Shown: positions 30,469-40,085, counted from the first letter of the stretch. The stretch is 64,000 nucleotides of DNA from Parcubacteria group bacterium GW2011_GWA2_40_23 (GCA_000996245.1 LBYP01000001.1:17197-81196), one strand, 5' to 3'. Numbers and translations are program-made. Notes: generated by a model not told the origin, from the sequence alone.

Positions 30469-30855
30469 ATGATGGATCCTATTGCTGACATGTTAACTAG
30501 AATTCGCAACGCAGCGATGGCGAAAAAGAAAGAAGTTTTGGTTCCATATTCCAGAATAAAGTTTGAAATTGCAAAAATTTTAGAAAAAGAAAGATATGTG
30601 GCTAGTGTCGGAATAAGTGAAGAAGGAGCTAAAATGTTAATATTGGGATTAAAATATACCGATTCAAAGTCTGTTATTTCTAGTATTAAAAGAATCAGCA
30701 CTGTGGGACGAAGAATGTATATTAAGTATGGTGATATTAAACCAGTTTTAAATGGATTTGGTATCATGATTATATCAACCTCAAGTGGTATTATGACTGG
30801 TAGGGAAGCGAAACGTGCGAAGATGGGTGGTGAGGTGCTTTGCGAGATTTACTAA
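30469..30855 (+). CDS. rpsH: 30S ribosomal protein uS8
   Basis: DPIADMLTRIRN, GGEVLC. Confidence 0.97.
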   Translation: MMDPIADMLTRIRNAAMAKKKEVLVPYSRIKFEIAKILEKERYVASVGISEEGAKMLILGLKYTDSKSVISSIKRISTVGRRMYIKYGDIKPVLNGFGIMIISTSSGIMTGREAKRAKMGGEVLCEIY

Positions 30856-30872
30856 AAAGTTAGAAAGAATAT

Positions 30873-31421
30873 ATGTCAAGAATCGGAAAAAAACCAATTG
30901 AACTTACAGACAAAGTCGAAGTAAAAATCGAGGGTGATTTAATTACTGTTAAAGGACCTAAGGGAACTTTAACTCAAAAAATTCATCCCTTAGTTAAGGT
31001 TGCTGTTCAAGACGGTCAGATCCTTGTATCAGTTGATAAGCCAGAAGATTGTAATGAAAATGCTCTCTGGGGTTTGTTCCGAAGTTTGATCAATAATATG
31101 GTTGTTGGTGTTACTAATGGCTTTGAAAAGAAATTGGAAATTAATGGTGTCGGTTATAAAGCAAGAGTTGAAGGATCAAAGAAATTAATTTTGAATGTCG
31201 GGTATTCTCATCCAGTTGATTTTGAATTAGCACCTGGTATTTTTTGCCAAGTAGAAAACAATGTTATTACAATTACCGGAATCGACAAGCAATTAGTAGG
31301 TGAAACTGCTGCTAATATTAGAAAAGTAAGAAAACCAGAACCATATAAAGGTAAAGGTATTAAGTATGCTGATGAAGTTCTACGTCGAAAAGCAGGTAAA
31401 ACTGCAGCCAAGTCAGCCTAA
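30873..31421 (+). CDS. rplF: 50S ribosomal protein uL6
   Basis: MSRIGKKP, RKPEPYKGKGI. Confidence 0.97.
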   Translation: MSRIGKKPIELTDKVEVKIEGDLITVKGPKGTLTQKIHPLVKVAVQDGQILVSVDKPEDCNENALWGLFRSLINNMVVGVTNGFEKKLEINGVGYKARVEGSKKLILNVGYSHPVDFELAPGIFCQVENNVITITGIDKQLVGETAANIRKVRKPEPYKGKGIKYADEVLRRKAGKTAAKSA

Positions 31422-31431
31422 AGATTAATAT

Positions 31432-31794
31432 ATGCCACAAAGAGAACAACAAAAAAGACAGTTGAATGTAATTTTACGAAAGAACCGTACCAGAAAACAA
31501 ATTATTGGTAAGACTGAACAACCACGTCTCTCTGTTTTTCGCAGCTTAAAACATTTTTATTTACAAATTATTGATGATAATAAAGGTATTACTCTTTGTG
31601 CTGCTAGCGACAAAGATGTTGCAGCTAAGGGGAAGACTGGTATGGAAATAGCTATTGCGGTGGGAACTGAAATTGCTAAACGCGCAGTAGAAAAAAAGAT
31701 TAATCAGGTCGTTTTTGATCGAGGTGCTTATAGATATCATGGTTGCGTCAAGGCAGCAGCTGATGCTGCTCGAGCTGGCGGCTTAAAATTTTAA
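31432..31794 (+). CDS. rplR: 50S ribosomal protein uL18
   Basis: [19 protein letters not shown]. Confidence 0.96.
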   Translation: MPQREQQKRQLNVILRKNRTRKQIIGKTEQPRLSVFRSLKHFYLQIIDDNKGITLCAASDKDVAAKGKTGMEIAIAVGTEIAKRAVEKKINQVVFDRGAYRYHGCVKAAADAARAGGLKF

Positions 31795-31817
31795 ACATTG
31801 AATAGATAAGATACAAT

Positions 31818-32390
31818 ATGGAAGATCAAAAAACACGTGGAAAAGAAGGTGGACGAGACAAATTCCGACGTACAGCTTCAAAGGAACCACAAGAGTTTGA
31901 ACAAAAAATTGTGGATTTAGCACGTGTCACACGTGTTATGGCTGGCGGCAAGAGAATGCGTTTCCGCGCCTGTGTTGCTTTAGGCGACAAAAAGGGTCGT
32001 GTGGGTTTTGGTTTGGCTAAGGGTGCTGATGTAACTATCGCTGTAACAAAAGCCGTCAACAAAGCAAAAAAAGACTTAATTCAAATTCCGATTATTAATG
32101 AAACAATCCCACATCAAATCGTTTTTAAAAAAGGTGCTGCTTTAATTTTATTGAAACCCGCACCTAAAGGAACTGGTATTAAGGCGGGTGGTGCTATGCG
32201 TATTGTTTTAGAATTAGCCGGTGTGCCAAATGTGGTTGGTAAAATTCTTGGAACAAATAACAAAGTAAGTAATGTTAAAGCTTTGATTGAAGCGTTAACG
32301 TCATTTAAGACACGTCCTGTAAAGAGATCAGCTGTGGCTAGGATAGAGAAGACAGTTGAAAAGACTCCAATAAAGAAGGAGACAAAATAA
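31818..32390 (+). CDS. rpsE: 30S ribosomal protein uS5
   Basis: RVTRVMAGGKR, PAPKGTGIKAGG. Confidence 0.97.
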   Translation: MEDQKTRGKEGGRDKFRRTASKEPQEFEQKIVDLARVTRVMAGGKRMRFRACVALGDKKGRVGFGLAKGADVTIAVTKAVNKAKKDLIQIPIINETIPHQIVFKKGAALILLKPAPKGTGIKAGGAMRIVLELAGVPNVVGKILGTNNKVSNVKALIEALTSFKTRPVKRSAVARIEKTVEKTPIKKETK

Positions 32391-32391
32391 T

Positions 32392-32862
32392 ATGGAAATT
32401 ACATTACATACTCTAGGCCATAAACATAAAACCCGAAAAAACCTTGGTCGTGGCAATGCCTCTGGTCATGGTACTACTGCTGGTCGTGGTAGCAAGGGAC
32501 AAAGATCACGTTCTGGTGGAAAAAAGGGGTTAAAGTTAAAAGGCTTCAGACAAAATTTACTTAATTTACCAAAATTCAAGGGCATGAAGAGCCCACGTTC
32601 TAAGAATCAGATTGTTAAATTAAGTGATTTAGTCAAAAAGTTTACTTCTGAGAAGCTAGTAAACCCAGGAACATTATTGGAAAAAGGATTAATACGAAAT
32701 ACAGTTGATCCTGTTAAGGTGTTGCTTGATGTAAAAGAGATTAAATTAGAACAACAATTTGAAATTTCTTCAATATTGGTCTCAAAAACAGTTCGTGAAA
32801 TTTTAGAAAAGGCTGGTGCTAAGTTTTTAGACCCAGAAGAAGACAAAGCAGAAGTCGTGTAA
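32392..32862 (+). CDS. rplO: 50S ribosomal protein uL15
   Basis: GRGNASGHGTTAGRGSKGQRSRSG. Confidence 0.95.
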   Translation: MEITLHTLGHKHKTRKNLGRGNASGHGTTAGRGSKGQRSRSGGKKGLKLKGFRQNLLNLPKFKGMKSPRSKNQIVKLSDLVKKFTSEKLVNPGTLLEKGLIRNTVDPVKVLLDVKEIKLEQQFEISSILVSKTVREILEKAGAKFLDPEEDKAEVV

Positions 32863-32875
32863 AAAATAGAAATTT

Positions 32876-34147
32876 ATGCTAGAAAAACTAACACAAATCT
32901 GGAAGCTGAAAGAATTGCGCAACAAGATTTTATTTGTTTTGGCCATGTTATTGGTTTTTCGTTTTACAGCACATATACCGATTCCAGGAGTGAACTTGGA
33001 AAATTTAAAAGACTTTTTTTCTTCAAATCAGATTTTAGGTTTAATGAACATCTTCTCTGGTGGTGGGATGCAGAACTTTTCCATTGTTATGATGGGGGTA
33101 GCGCCATATATTACAGCTTCAATTATTTTTCAATTGTTAGCCATGATTATCCCTAAATTGGAAGAATGGATGAAAGAACCAGCTGGTCGTCAAAAAGTTA
33201 ATTTGTATACTCGTATTGCAACCGTACCTTTGTCAATATTGCAGGCCTATAGCATGATTTCTTTGCTTAGAAATTCGCCCAAACCAATTATTGAAAATTT
33301 AGATTGGTTCAATCTAAGCGCCATGTTAATTACTATCACTGCCGGTACGATGCTTTTGATGTGGATTGGAGAATTGATAACAGAAAAAAAGATCGGGAAT
33401 GGAATTTCATTATTGATTTTTGCTGGTATCGTAGCTCGAGTGCCTCAGGCGATATCTGAAGTCGTCTTGAATTTTAATCAACAACAAGTTACTAACTTTG
33501 TAATTTTTGGCATTATTGCCTTAATTACTATTATCGGTGTTGTGATTATAACTGAAGGGCAGAGAAACATTCCAGTATCTTATGCTAAGCGTGTTCGTGG
33601 AATGAAAATGTATGGCGGAATGAATACCCATTTACCAATTCGTGTTAATACAGCCGGTGTTATCCCAATTATTTTTGCAATTTCAATTATTCTTTTTCCG
33701 CCGATGATTGCACAATTTTTGATGAGGGTGCAGAATGCTATTGTTCATAATGTTGCCCAGACAATCATTAATGTGTTTAATAATCAATTGTTCTACGGTA
33801 TTCTATACTTTATTTTAGTTTTTGGATTTACATATTTTTATACCGCGGTTATTTTTCATCCATATCAAATTGCAGAAAATTTGCAGAAGAATGGGGGTTT
33901 CATCCCAGGTATACGTCCAGGAACACATACTGCACAATATTTACAAAATACTATTAGCCGAATTACATTAACAGGAGCTTTGTTTCTAGGTATTATTTCT
34001 GTTTTACCGCTTCTTATGCAAAATGCAACAGGCATGCAATCTATGGTGATTGGCGGGACAAGTTTATTGATCGTTGTAAGTGTGGTCATTGAAATGATTA
34101 AACAAGTCGAAGCGCAAATGACCATGCGCGATTATGAAGGATTCTAG
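32876..34147 (+). CDS. secY: Preprotein translocase subunit SecY
   Basis: PYITASII, GNGISLLIF, FIPGIRPG, GGTSLLIVV. Confidence 0.98.
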   Translation: MLEKLTQIWKLKELRNKILFVLAMLLVFRFTAHIPIPGVNLENLKDFFSSNQILGLMNIFSGGGMQNFSIVMMGVAPYITASIIFQLLAMIIPKLEEWMKEPAGRQKVNLYTRIATVPLSILQAYSMISLLRNSPKPIIENLDWFNLSAMLITITAGTMLLMWIGELITEKKIGNGISLLIFAGIVARVPQAISEVVLNFNQQQVTNFVIFGIIALITIIGVVIITEGQRNIPVSYAKRVRGMKMYGGMNTHLPIRVNTAGVIPIIFAISIILFPPMIAQFLMRVQNAIVHNVAQTIINVFNNQLFYGILYFILVFGFTYFYTAVIFHPYQIAENLQKNGGFIPGIRPGTHTAQYLQNTISRITLTGALFLGIISVLPLLMQNATGMQSMVIGGTSLLIVVSVVIEMIKQVEAQMTMRDYEGF

Positions 34148-34157
34148 TCAATTAAAT

Positions 34158-34188
34158 AAAAAGAGCTGGTCAGGTACCAGCTTTTTTG
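34158..34188 (+). terminator. Intrinsic terminator after secY
   Basis: agctggt-caggt-accagct followed by T-run. Confidence 0.65.
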
Positions 34189-34216
34189 TTAAACTTAAAA
34201 TAGTTAAATTAACACT

Positions 34217-34876
34217 ATGAAACAAAAAAGGAAATTGTTCATTTTTATTGGTCCTCCTGGGTCAGGTAAGGGGACACAAGCTGAATTACTAACTCGTGAA
34301 TATAACATTAATTATTTTTCTGTGGGTGAAATTTTGCGTACCGAGGTTAGGAATAAAACAAAACTCGGACGTGAAGTAGCGGCCTATTTACGCTCAGGAC
34401 AATTAGCTCCAGATGAGGTTGTATCTAAAATTATGTTTGGTAAGCTAAAAAGAAGTCGTAAAGATATTATTTTTGATGGATTCCCTCGTAATGTAGATCA
34501 GGCAGTTTCTTTGGATATGGAACTTGATAAGATGAAGATTCAGCGTGTTGTCTTTGAGATAACCTTACCAACAAAAAAAATCGTTGAAAGAATTATGGGA
34601 CGTCGCTATTGTGTCTGCGGAAAGACTTACCATATAAAACATAATCCACCCGTGAGAAACAATGTTTGTGATAGCTGCGGCCGACGTTTAAAAACTAGGG
34701 CTGATGCTAAATCAGATGTTATTGTCAAGAGACAAGAAATTTATTTATTACAAACAGCAAAAGTTCTGCATTTTTATAAAGCGGATGGAGGCTATTTGTT
34801 GAAGAAGATTAATGGGGATAGAACGATACCAGTTATAAATCAGGAAATAAATAATATTATTAAAGAGTTAAAATGA
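34217..34876 (+). CDS. adk: Adenylate kinase (zinc-lid type)
   Basis: GPPGSGKGTQA, DGFPR, Cys-containing lid. Confidence 0.93.
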   Translation: MKQKRKLFIFIGPPGSGKGTQAELLTREYNINYFSVGEILRTEVRNKTKLGREVAAYLRSGQLAPDEVVSKIMFGKLKRSRKDIIFDGFPRNVDQAVSLDMELDKMKIQRVVFEITLPTKKIVERIMGRRYCVCGKTYHIKHNPPVRNNVCDSCGRRLKTRADAKSDVIVKRQEIYLLQTAKVLHFYKADGGYLLKKINGDRTIPVINQEINNIIKELK

Positions 34877-35637
34877 TCCGTTTAAAAAGTCCAGATGAAA
34901 TTAGTTTATTAAGACAGGGCGGTAAAATATTAGCCTCAGTTTTGCGTCAAGTTGTAGCTGAAACAAAAGCTGGAAAAACAACAGCAGAACTGGACGCTCT
35001 GGCTGAACGTCTTATATTGGAGGCCGGAGGGGAACCTTCATTTAAAGGCTATGGAGGGCCTAAAAACCCCTTTCCAGCGACTCTTTGTACCTCTGTTAAC
35101 TCAGAGTTAGTTCATGGGATCCCTAATGATTATATCTTACGCGATGGGGACATAGTTAGTCTTGATGTAGGAATGCGTTATCCTAAAAAAACAGGTTTAT
35201 ACACTGATATGGCTACCACGGTTATAATCGGTAAAGTAAGCCCTGCAGTTGAAAAGCTAGTTAAGGTTACAAAGAAGGCTCTTCAATTATGGATTAAATT
35301 AATAAAACCAGGAGAACAGTTAAATTATATTGGTGGCAAAGTTCAAGATTATATTGAAAATGAGGGTTTTGGTGTAGTGCGTGATTTGGTTGGTCATGGA
35401 GTTGGTCATGAGGTACATGAGGACCCACCAATTCCAAATTATTTTACAAATGGTTTAAAAGTAGAGTTAAAAGAAGGTATGGTTTTAGCCTTGGAGCCAA
35501 TGGTTAGCCTTGGCGATTATCGAATCAGAACATTAAACGATGAGTGGACAGTTGTTATGCGAGACAATAGTTTATGCTCCCACGAGGAACATACAATTGT
35601 TGTTACAAAACGTGGCTGTGAAGTTTTAACCGAGTAA
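34873..35637 (+). CDS. map: Methionine aminopeptidase type I
   Basis: VHGIP, GHGVG..VHEDP, LEPMV, HEEHT. Confidence 0.96.
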   Translation: MIRLKSPDEISLLRQGGKILASVLRQVVAETKAGKTTAELDALAERLILEAGGEPSFKGYGGPKNPFPATLCTSVNSELVHGIPNDYILRDGDIVSLDVGMRYPKKTGLYTDMATTVIIGKVSPAVEKLVKVTKKALQLWIKLIKPGEQLNYIGGKVQDYIENEGFGVVRDLVGHGVGHEVHEDPPIPNYFTNGLKVELKEGMVLALEPMVSLGDYRIRTLNDEWTVVMRDNSLCSHEEHTIVVTKRGCEVLTE

Positions 35638-35639
35638 AT

Positions 35640-35900
35640 ATGCGTATTGAAAAGAAAATTTTACCAGAATATTTCAAGAAAGTGGCTTGTGGTGATAAAA
35701 ATTTTGAATTGCGTTTAGCAGATTGGGAGTGCCACCCCGGAGATGTTCTTATCCTTCGTGAGTGGGATTTAAAAACAAAGCAATATACTGGTTCATCAAT
35801 TGAAAAAGAAGTTACCTGTGTGCTCAAAACAAAGGATCAAACTTTTTTTAGCGATGAAGATGTTAACAAATACGGTTTTCAAGTAATTGGTTTTAAATAA
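35640..35900 (+). CDS. ASCH/DUF3850-like domain protein
   Basis: KILPEYF...GDKNFELR...GDVLILREW. Confidence 0.75.
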   Translation: MRIEKKILPEYFKKVACGDKNFELRLADWECHPGDVLILREWDLKTKQYTGSSIEKEVTCVLKTKDQTFFSDEDVNKYGFQVIGFK

Positions 35901-35901
35901 T

Positions 35902-36294
35902 ATGAATTGTTTAGGTCTTGATTGGGGTAAAAGTAAATTGGGCGTCGCACTAGGTGACGATGGGATCAAAATTTCCACACCTTTTAAAATTATTAAGTTC
36001 AAAACATACTCCGAGGCAATTCAAGACCTCAAAAAACTTATTTTAGAAGAGCAGGCAGGGCGCTTGGTAATTGGTCGACCAAAAAATTTGGCTGGATTGG
36101 AGTTTGTATCAAATGATTTTGAGAATTTTTTAACAGAATTAAAAAAGCTGAATCTTCCAATCAGCTTCGAAGATGAACGTCTTTCAACAAAAGTGGCAGT
36201 CAAAAAGAATATCGAAAGACGTAATCATAGAAATCAAGATGATGATGACTTAGCCGCTTCAGAAATTTTGCAATCTTACTTTGATAAATTGTAA
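35902..36294 (+). CDS. ruvX: RuvX/YqgF family nuclease
   Basis: LGLDWG..KLGVA, DERLST, D..AA.EILQ; ATG at 35902. Confidence 0.88.
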   Translation: MNCLGLDWGKSKLGVALGDDGIKISTPFKIIKFKTYSEAIQDLKKLILEEQAGRLVIGRPKNLAGLEFVSNDFENFLTELKKLNLPISFEDERLSTKVAVKKNIERRNHRNQDDDDLAASEILQSYFDKL

Positions 36295-36296
36295 TT

Positions 36297-37016
36297 ATGG
36301 ATAAAGCCTTTAAAACAGAGGCGATAGTCCTCACTAAAAAAAACTGGAGGGAAAATGATCTCCTTTTTTCTTTCTATACAAAAGATTTTGGTAAAATTGA
36401 AGCAGTTGTTACGGGTGCCAGAAGATCCAAGAGTAAGTTGATCGGTCCACTTTCTAGCGTTGGCTTGATTGAAATACTTTTTGTTAAAGGAAAGGTTCAA
36501 AATAAAATTACGCATACTTATTTATTGTCGCCGTGGCCATTCAAAACCCTAGAAGAATTCCATTTTTTGTTAGCTGTGCGTGAAATTATCGCTCGTTTTG
36601 TTCAGGTTGGAGTTCCCAGTAAACCATTGTGGCAACTTTTGAAATGGTTTTCGGAAAAGTTAGTTGCATCTGAGAATAATGAGACAAAAAGATTACTGCT
36701 TAATATTTTCATGATTAGGTCTTTGCAGATTTTAGGTTATGATTTAAAAACAGACAACTGTGTCCAATGTGAATTACCAATTAATTCAGTCAGAAGATTT
36801 AGTTTTAATCACAAAGGTTTTGTGTGTACGAAATGTCACGGTGGGGATATGAACACTTCACAAAAAATGTTTGAAACAATAAAAAAAATCCAGAATCAGG
36901 ATTTTATTAAGGAATTAAGTATCGATAAATCTTCTAACAAAGAACTGTTTATTTTTTTAAAGAAGTATCTGCAGTATTTTCTAGAAAGGGAAGTGCGAAG
37001 TTTGTCTCTAATTTAA
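36297..37016 (+). CDS. recO: DNA repair protein RecO
   Basis: E.D...FYTKDFGKI..V..GARRSKSKL, zinc-finger CxxC..CxxC. Confidence 0.88.
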   Translation: MDKAFKTEAIVLTKKNWRENDLLFSFYTKDFGKIEAVVTGARRSKSKLIGPLSSVGLIEILFVKGKVQNKITHTYLLSPWPFKTLEEFHFLLAVREIIARFVQVGVPSKPLWQLLKWFSEKLVASENNETKRLLLNIFMIRSLQILGYDLKTDNCVQCELPINSVRRFSFNHKGFVCTKCHGGDMNTSQKMFETIKKIQNQDFIKELSIDKSSNKELFIFLKKYLQYFLEREVRSLSLI

Positions 37017-37787
37017 TTTTGTTAGTCCGTTGGCAATATCCAGGCAGGCCTGGGTATATTTTTTTAGGTTTGTTTTCTGTTTCTCGGTAATTTTATCACA
37101 AGCCCAGCCCCAATGATAAGAAATATTATCTCCAATCGTTGGATTTTGTAAAAAACTTTTGTGTAAAAGTTTAAAAGATATGTTTTTATCAATTGTCTCT
37201 GACAGTTTTAGCCTATTATTTTCGTAAACTAAGCGTTGTGTTTCAACGATTAAATCGTTCTCGGAAATTTTTTTAACTTTACCCCAACCAATGCGGCAAC
37301 TATCCATTGATTCAAGCGTATGGGGAACTGCTAAATGACCAGTCCTAAAATATATATTCAAAACATGAAAACAGTGATGGGGGATGGCACCTCGAGGGAT
37401 TTTACCCATGAGCAACTCTAAGTCTTTTGGTTGGAGTTTTTTCTTAAGATGGAGGCCATCAACAAAGTGCGAGTATAAACGTTTCATCGAAACATTCTCA
37501 AGCAATTCATTCCCGAGCCAATAAGCTTCGACTATACGTGCGTCAAAAACATCCTTTATTTTATTCGATTCAGCAATCAATTTTAAATAGGGAAAGAGTG
37601 TTTGAAATTCTTTTAATAACGCAGATAAGCCAGGATCACTGACATTCTCGGTATTATAAGCAAAAAGTTCCTCATTGTTTGGGCCACCACAATATTGCAG
37701 CCGGTTGGGCATGAAAGCATAACGGGCACAGGTGAGGAGCCCATTAGATTGTGGCTGGTTCTGTTTTATGAAGTCGGTTAAAGACAT
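37008..37787 (-). CDS. DUF6390-like Cys/His-rich protein
   Basis: RYAFMPNRLQYCG, EAYWLGN, PHHCFHV, DSCRIGWG and HWGWAC motifs; start at ATG 37787. Confidence 0.65.
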   Translation of the reverse strand: MSLTDFIKQNQPQSNGLLTCARYAFMPNRLQYCGGPNNEELFAYNTENVSDPGLSALLKEFQTLFPYLKLIAESNKIKDVFDARIVEAYWLGNELLENVSMKRLYSHFVDGLHLKKKLQPKDLELLMGKIPRGAIPHHCFHVLNIYFRTGHLAVPHTLESMDSCRIGWGKVKKISENDLIVETQRLVYENNRLKLSETIDKNISFKLLHKSFLQNPTIGDNISYHWGWACDKITEKQKTNLKKYTQACLDIANGLTKLN

Positions 37788-38649
37788 AAGTGAAAGCAAT
37801 GGCTGCGATAATTAGAATAACTGAACTGCTGAGCTGTTGAAGATTGTATTTGTGAGTGACAAAAATTGAGTTCAAGGCGGTCGTTATGGGTGAGGCAATA
37901 ACTAAAACACTGGTAACAACTGTTGCTGGGAGTTTTTGTAGCGCTTGATACCAAGTAAGAACGTACCCAAGTAAAAAGGCTGAACTAATTGTCAGCCATA
38001 ACCATTGGGTTGAATTTAAGGCGATGAGTCCCGCGGTTTGATTCGTCAAAACCAAATAACTGAGAAGGAAAAGTGCACCAAAAAACATTCTGCCCCAGCT
38101 GACAATTTTAGCATCAACATTCTGTAAAATCTTTTTCGCTATGACAAATTCAATTGCCCAAAGCAAGGTTGCTCCAAGTATTAAAAAGTCAGCGTACGAA
38201 AATTTCCAGGTTTTTACCCCCACTAAAAAATAATTTCCCAGTAAAAGAACAGCTAAGGCAAACCATTGAACTTTACTAAGTTTTTCTTTCAAAAAAGGAA
38301 TGGCTAATAATGTGACCCAAATAAAAAGTGTTTTGTGAATGAAGCCAGCATTAACTGCAGAAGTTAAACTTAAACCTTTGAAGAACATTAGGAAAGGGAT
38401 ACTTCCTCCGATTAGTCCAATCAAAACGAGCTTTAACCAATCATTTCTTTGTAGAAGTTTTAGTTTTTTGAAAACAAAGGGAGTGAGAATAAAAAGAGAA
38501 AGTACCAATGCGACTAAAATGTTCTTGGCAGTTGTTAGAACGCTTGGGTTTGTGATAACTTTGGTGGCAAAACTATTGAAGAATACTGAGCAGCCGCTGA
38601 TAATGGCGGTGCCAAAGACGAGAAGTAGAGCTTTTTGTTTTGAGGTCAT
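37744..38649 (-). CDS. EamA/DMT family transporter
   Basis: About 10 TM helices in two repeats; FLKEKL motif. Confidence 0.85.
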   Translation of the reverse strand: MTSKQKALLLVFGTAIISGCSVFFNSFATKVITNPSVLTTAKNILVALVLSLFILTPFVFKKLKLLQRNDWLKLVLIGLIGGSIPFLMFFKGLSLTSAVNAGFIHKTLFIWVTLLAIPFLKEKLSKVQWFALAVLLLGNYFLVGVKTWKFSYADFLILGATLLWAIEFVIAKKILQNVDAKIVSWGRMFFGALFLLSYLVLTNQTAGLIALNSTQWLWLTISSAFLLGYVLTWYQALQKLPATVVTSVLVIASPITTALNSIFVTHKYNLQQLSSSVILIIAAIAFTYVFNRLHKTEPATI

Positions 38650-38650
38650 T

Positions 38651-38854
38651 TTATTTTAAAATATTTATTAATTCTTGAGCTTCTTCGTTGGATATTTTTT
38701 GTATTGCTAGATTACCATTAATCATAATCCAATCATTGATTTGTGGATTTTTTATGGTGCTAATCAAAATATTCTGCTCTTGGTTGTTATGTGTTTTAAC
38801 AAGCGCAGTTTGTCCATCTATTTTTATGATTTGAGCAGGAAGAGTTAGGCACAT
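38651..38854 (-). CDS. HypC/HupF-like small protein
   Basis: MCLTLPAQI N-terminus and ISNEEAQE C-terminal helix, 67 aa. Confidence 0.75.
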   Translation of the reverse strand: MCLTLPAQIIKIDGQTALVKTHNNQEQNILISTIKNPQINDWIMINGNLAIQKISNEEAQELINILK

Positions 38855-38884
38855 AAGTATCTTAATAGTACAAGAAATTTAGGT

Positions 38885-38923
38885 AAAAAAGAAGTCCCCA
38901 CACCGATGCCGATGTGAGGACTT
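38885..38923 (-). terminator. Intrinsic terminator of GC-rich cassette 1
   Basis: Minus strand aagtcctcacatcg-gcat-cggtgtggggactt then cTTTTTT. Confidence 0.8.
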
Positions 38924-38949
38924 GTCCCGTGAGAGGGACGGGGGACAGG

Positions 38950-40026
38950 CTACGCCTTGGCGCCGTCGCGGATGGCGCGGCAGCGGGCGAAGCCGAAGGG
39001 GAACAGGGGGCAGGACGAGCCGGCGCAGATGCCCATGAGGCACATGGCGGCGTGCTCTGCCGCGTAGTAGCGGGGGTCGAGCGCGATCTTCACGATCTGG
39101 ATCAGCCGCTCGAACGGGATCTTGGTCGGGTCGATGCCCTTGGCAGAGTGCGACCCGTTCAGGATGCTGTGACCGTGTGCGAAGTGCCACACGCTTTCTT
39201 CGTCGTCGCCGCGCAGCTTCTTCTCTTCTACCTCGATGGCGTTGGCGAGGTCGCTCAGGTCCAGTCCCAGGCGCTGGTCGGTCTGGATCGCCACGTTCCC
39301 GCGGGAGTCGATCTTGACGACGACCGCGGCGTTGGCACCATGCTGGCTACGAGCGTAGCGCATGATCGCCATCGAGTCGCTCCGCACCGAGCACAGGGTG
39401 ATGTCCCCCTTGCTGCTGCGGATGGTCTCGATCTTGGAGTTGGCCTCGAAGTCCTTCTTGGAGGTCTCCACGAAGTCGAAGTGATCGAACACCTTCGCCT
39501 CCATCCCCAGCTCCAGCCATTTTTTCCAGTTCCTCTTGTCCTGGGCCAGCAGCATTGCGATGAGCTGAAGGCTGTAGTCGTTCGACGGGTTCAGCTCGCC
39601 GATCTTGACGTCGAAGGCCGCGTAGGCCCACTCCAGCATGTCGACGGCAGGGACGTTCTGCATCCCCATGAAGGTGAGGATCCTGCAGAGGTTGAAGGGT
39701 TGGTCGCCGGAGTTCGTGTCGTTCTTGTGCACGTAGTTCAGCAACCCCGCGATCTGCGGGGTGTGCTCGACGTGCAAAGCGTTGGCCAGCAACATGGCGC
39801 TGCTGGTTTCGCCAGACTTCATCAGGTGGTCGTTGAAGCGACCCTTGCCCACGCCGAACTCCAGGATGCCTTCGGGCGAGGCGTACTCGCGCAAGAAGGC
39901 GGGCGTGCCCCAATTTTCGGCGATGTAGCAGCACAGAAACTCGTCCGGGTGAGGGTTGGTATGCGTCACCACGATGATTTTGCGTCCCGCCACTTTGACG
40001 GGAATGCGGATCGTCTCTCTGGCCAT
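38950..40026 (-). CDS. GC-rich hypothetical protein, MYG1/DHH-superfamily-like, with C-terminal Cys cluster
   Basis: VTHTNPHPDE, GVGKGRFNDH, SSAMLL; strong G/C third-position bias; GGAGGT SD. Confidence 0.7.
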   Translation of the reverse strand: MARETIRIPVKVAGRKIIVVTHTNPHPDEFLCCYIAENWGTPAFLREYASPEGILEFGVGKGRFNDHLMKSGETSSAMLLANALHVEHTPQIAGLLNYVHKNDTNSGDQPFNLCRILTFMGMQNVPAVDMLEWAYAAFDVKIGELNPSNDYSLQLIAMLLAQDKRNWKKWLELGMEAKVFDHFDFVETSKKDFEANSKIETIRSSKGDITLCSVRSDSMAIMRYARSQHGANAAVVVKIDSRGNVAIQTDQRLGLDLSDLANAIEVEEKKLRGDDEESVWHFAHGHSILNGSHSAKGIDPTKIPFERLIQIVKIALDPRYYAAEHAAMCLMGICAGSSCPLFPFGFARCRAIRDGAKA

Positions 40027-40085
40027 GAAAGCACCTCCAGTAAATGGTTTTTGTTGACTCTTAACTGTGTCCTTTTGAACTAGCC

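Noticed and set aside
22284-34125. Numerous 60-190 aa antisense ORFs across the ribosomal cluster
   Set aside because: They lie opposite highly conserved genes and have no motifs or expression signals.
38914-40083. 389-aa + strand ORF and 195-aa alternative-frame ORF
   Set aside because: Shadows of the GC3-biased minus-strand gene 38950-40026, which has the promoter, SD, terminator and recognisable motifs.
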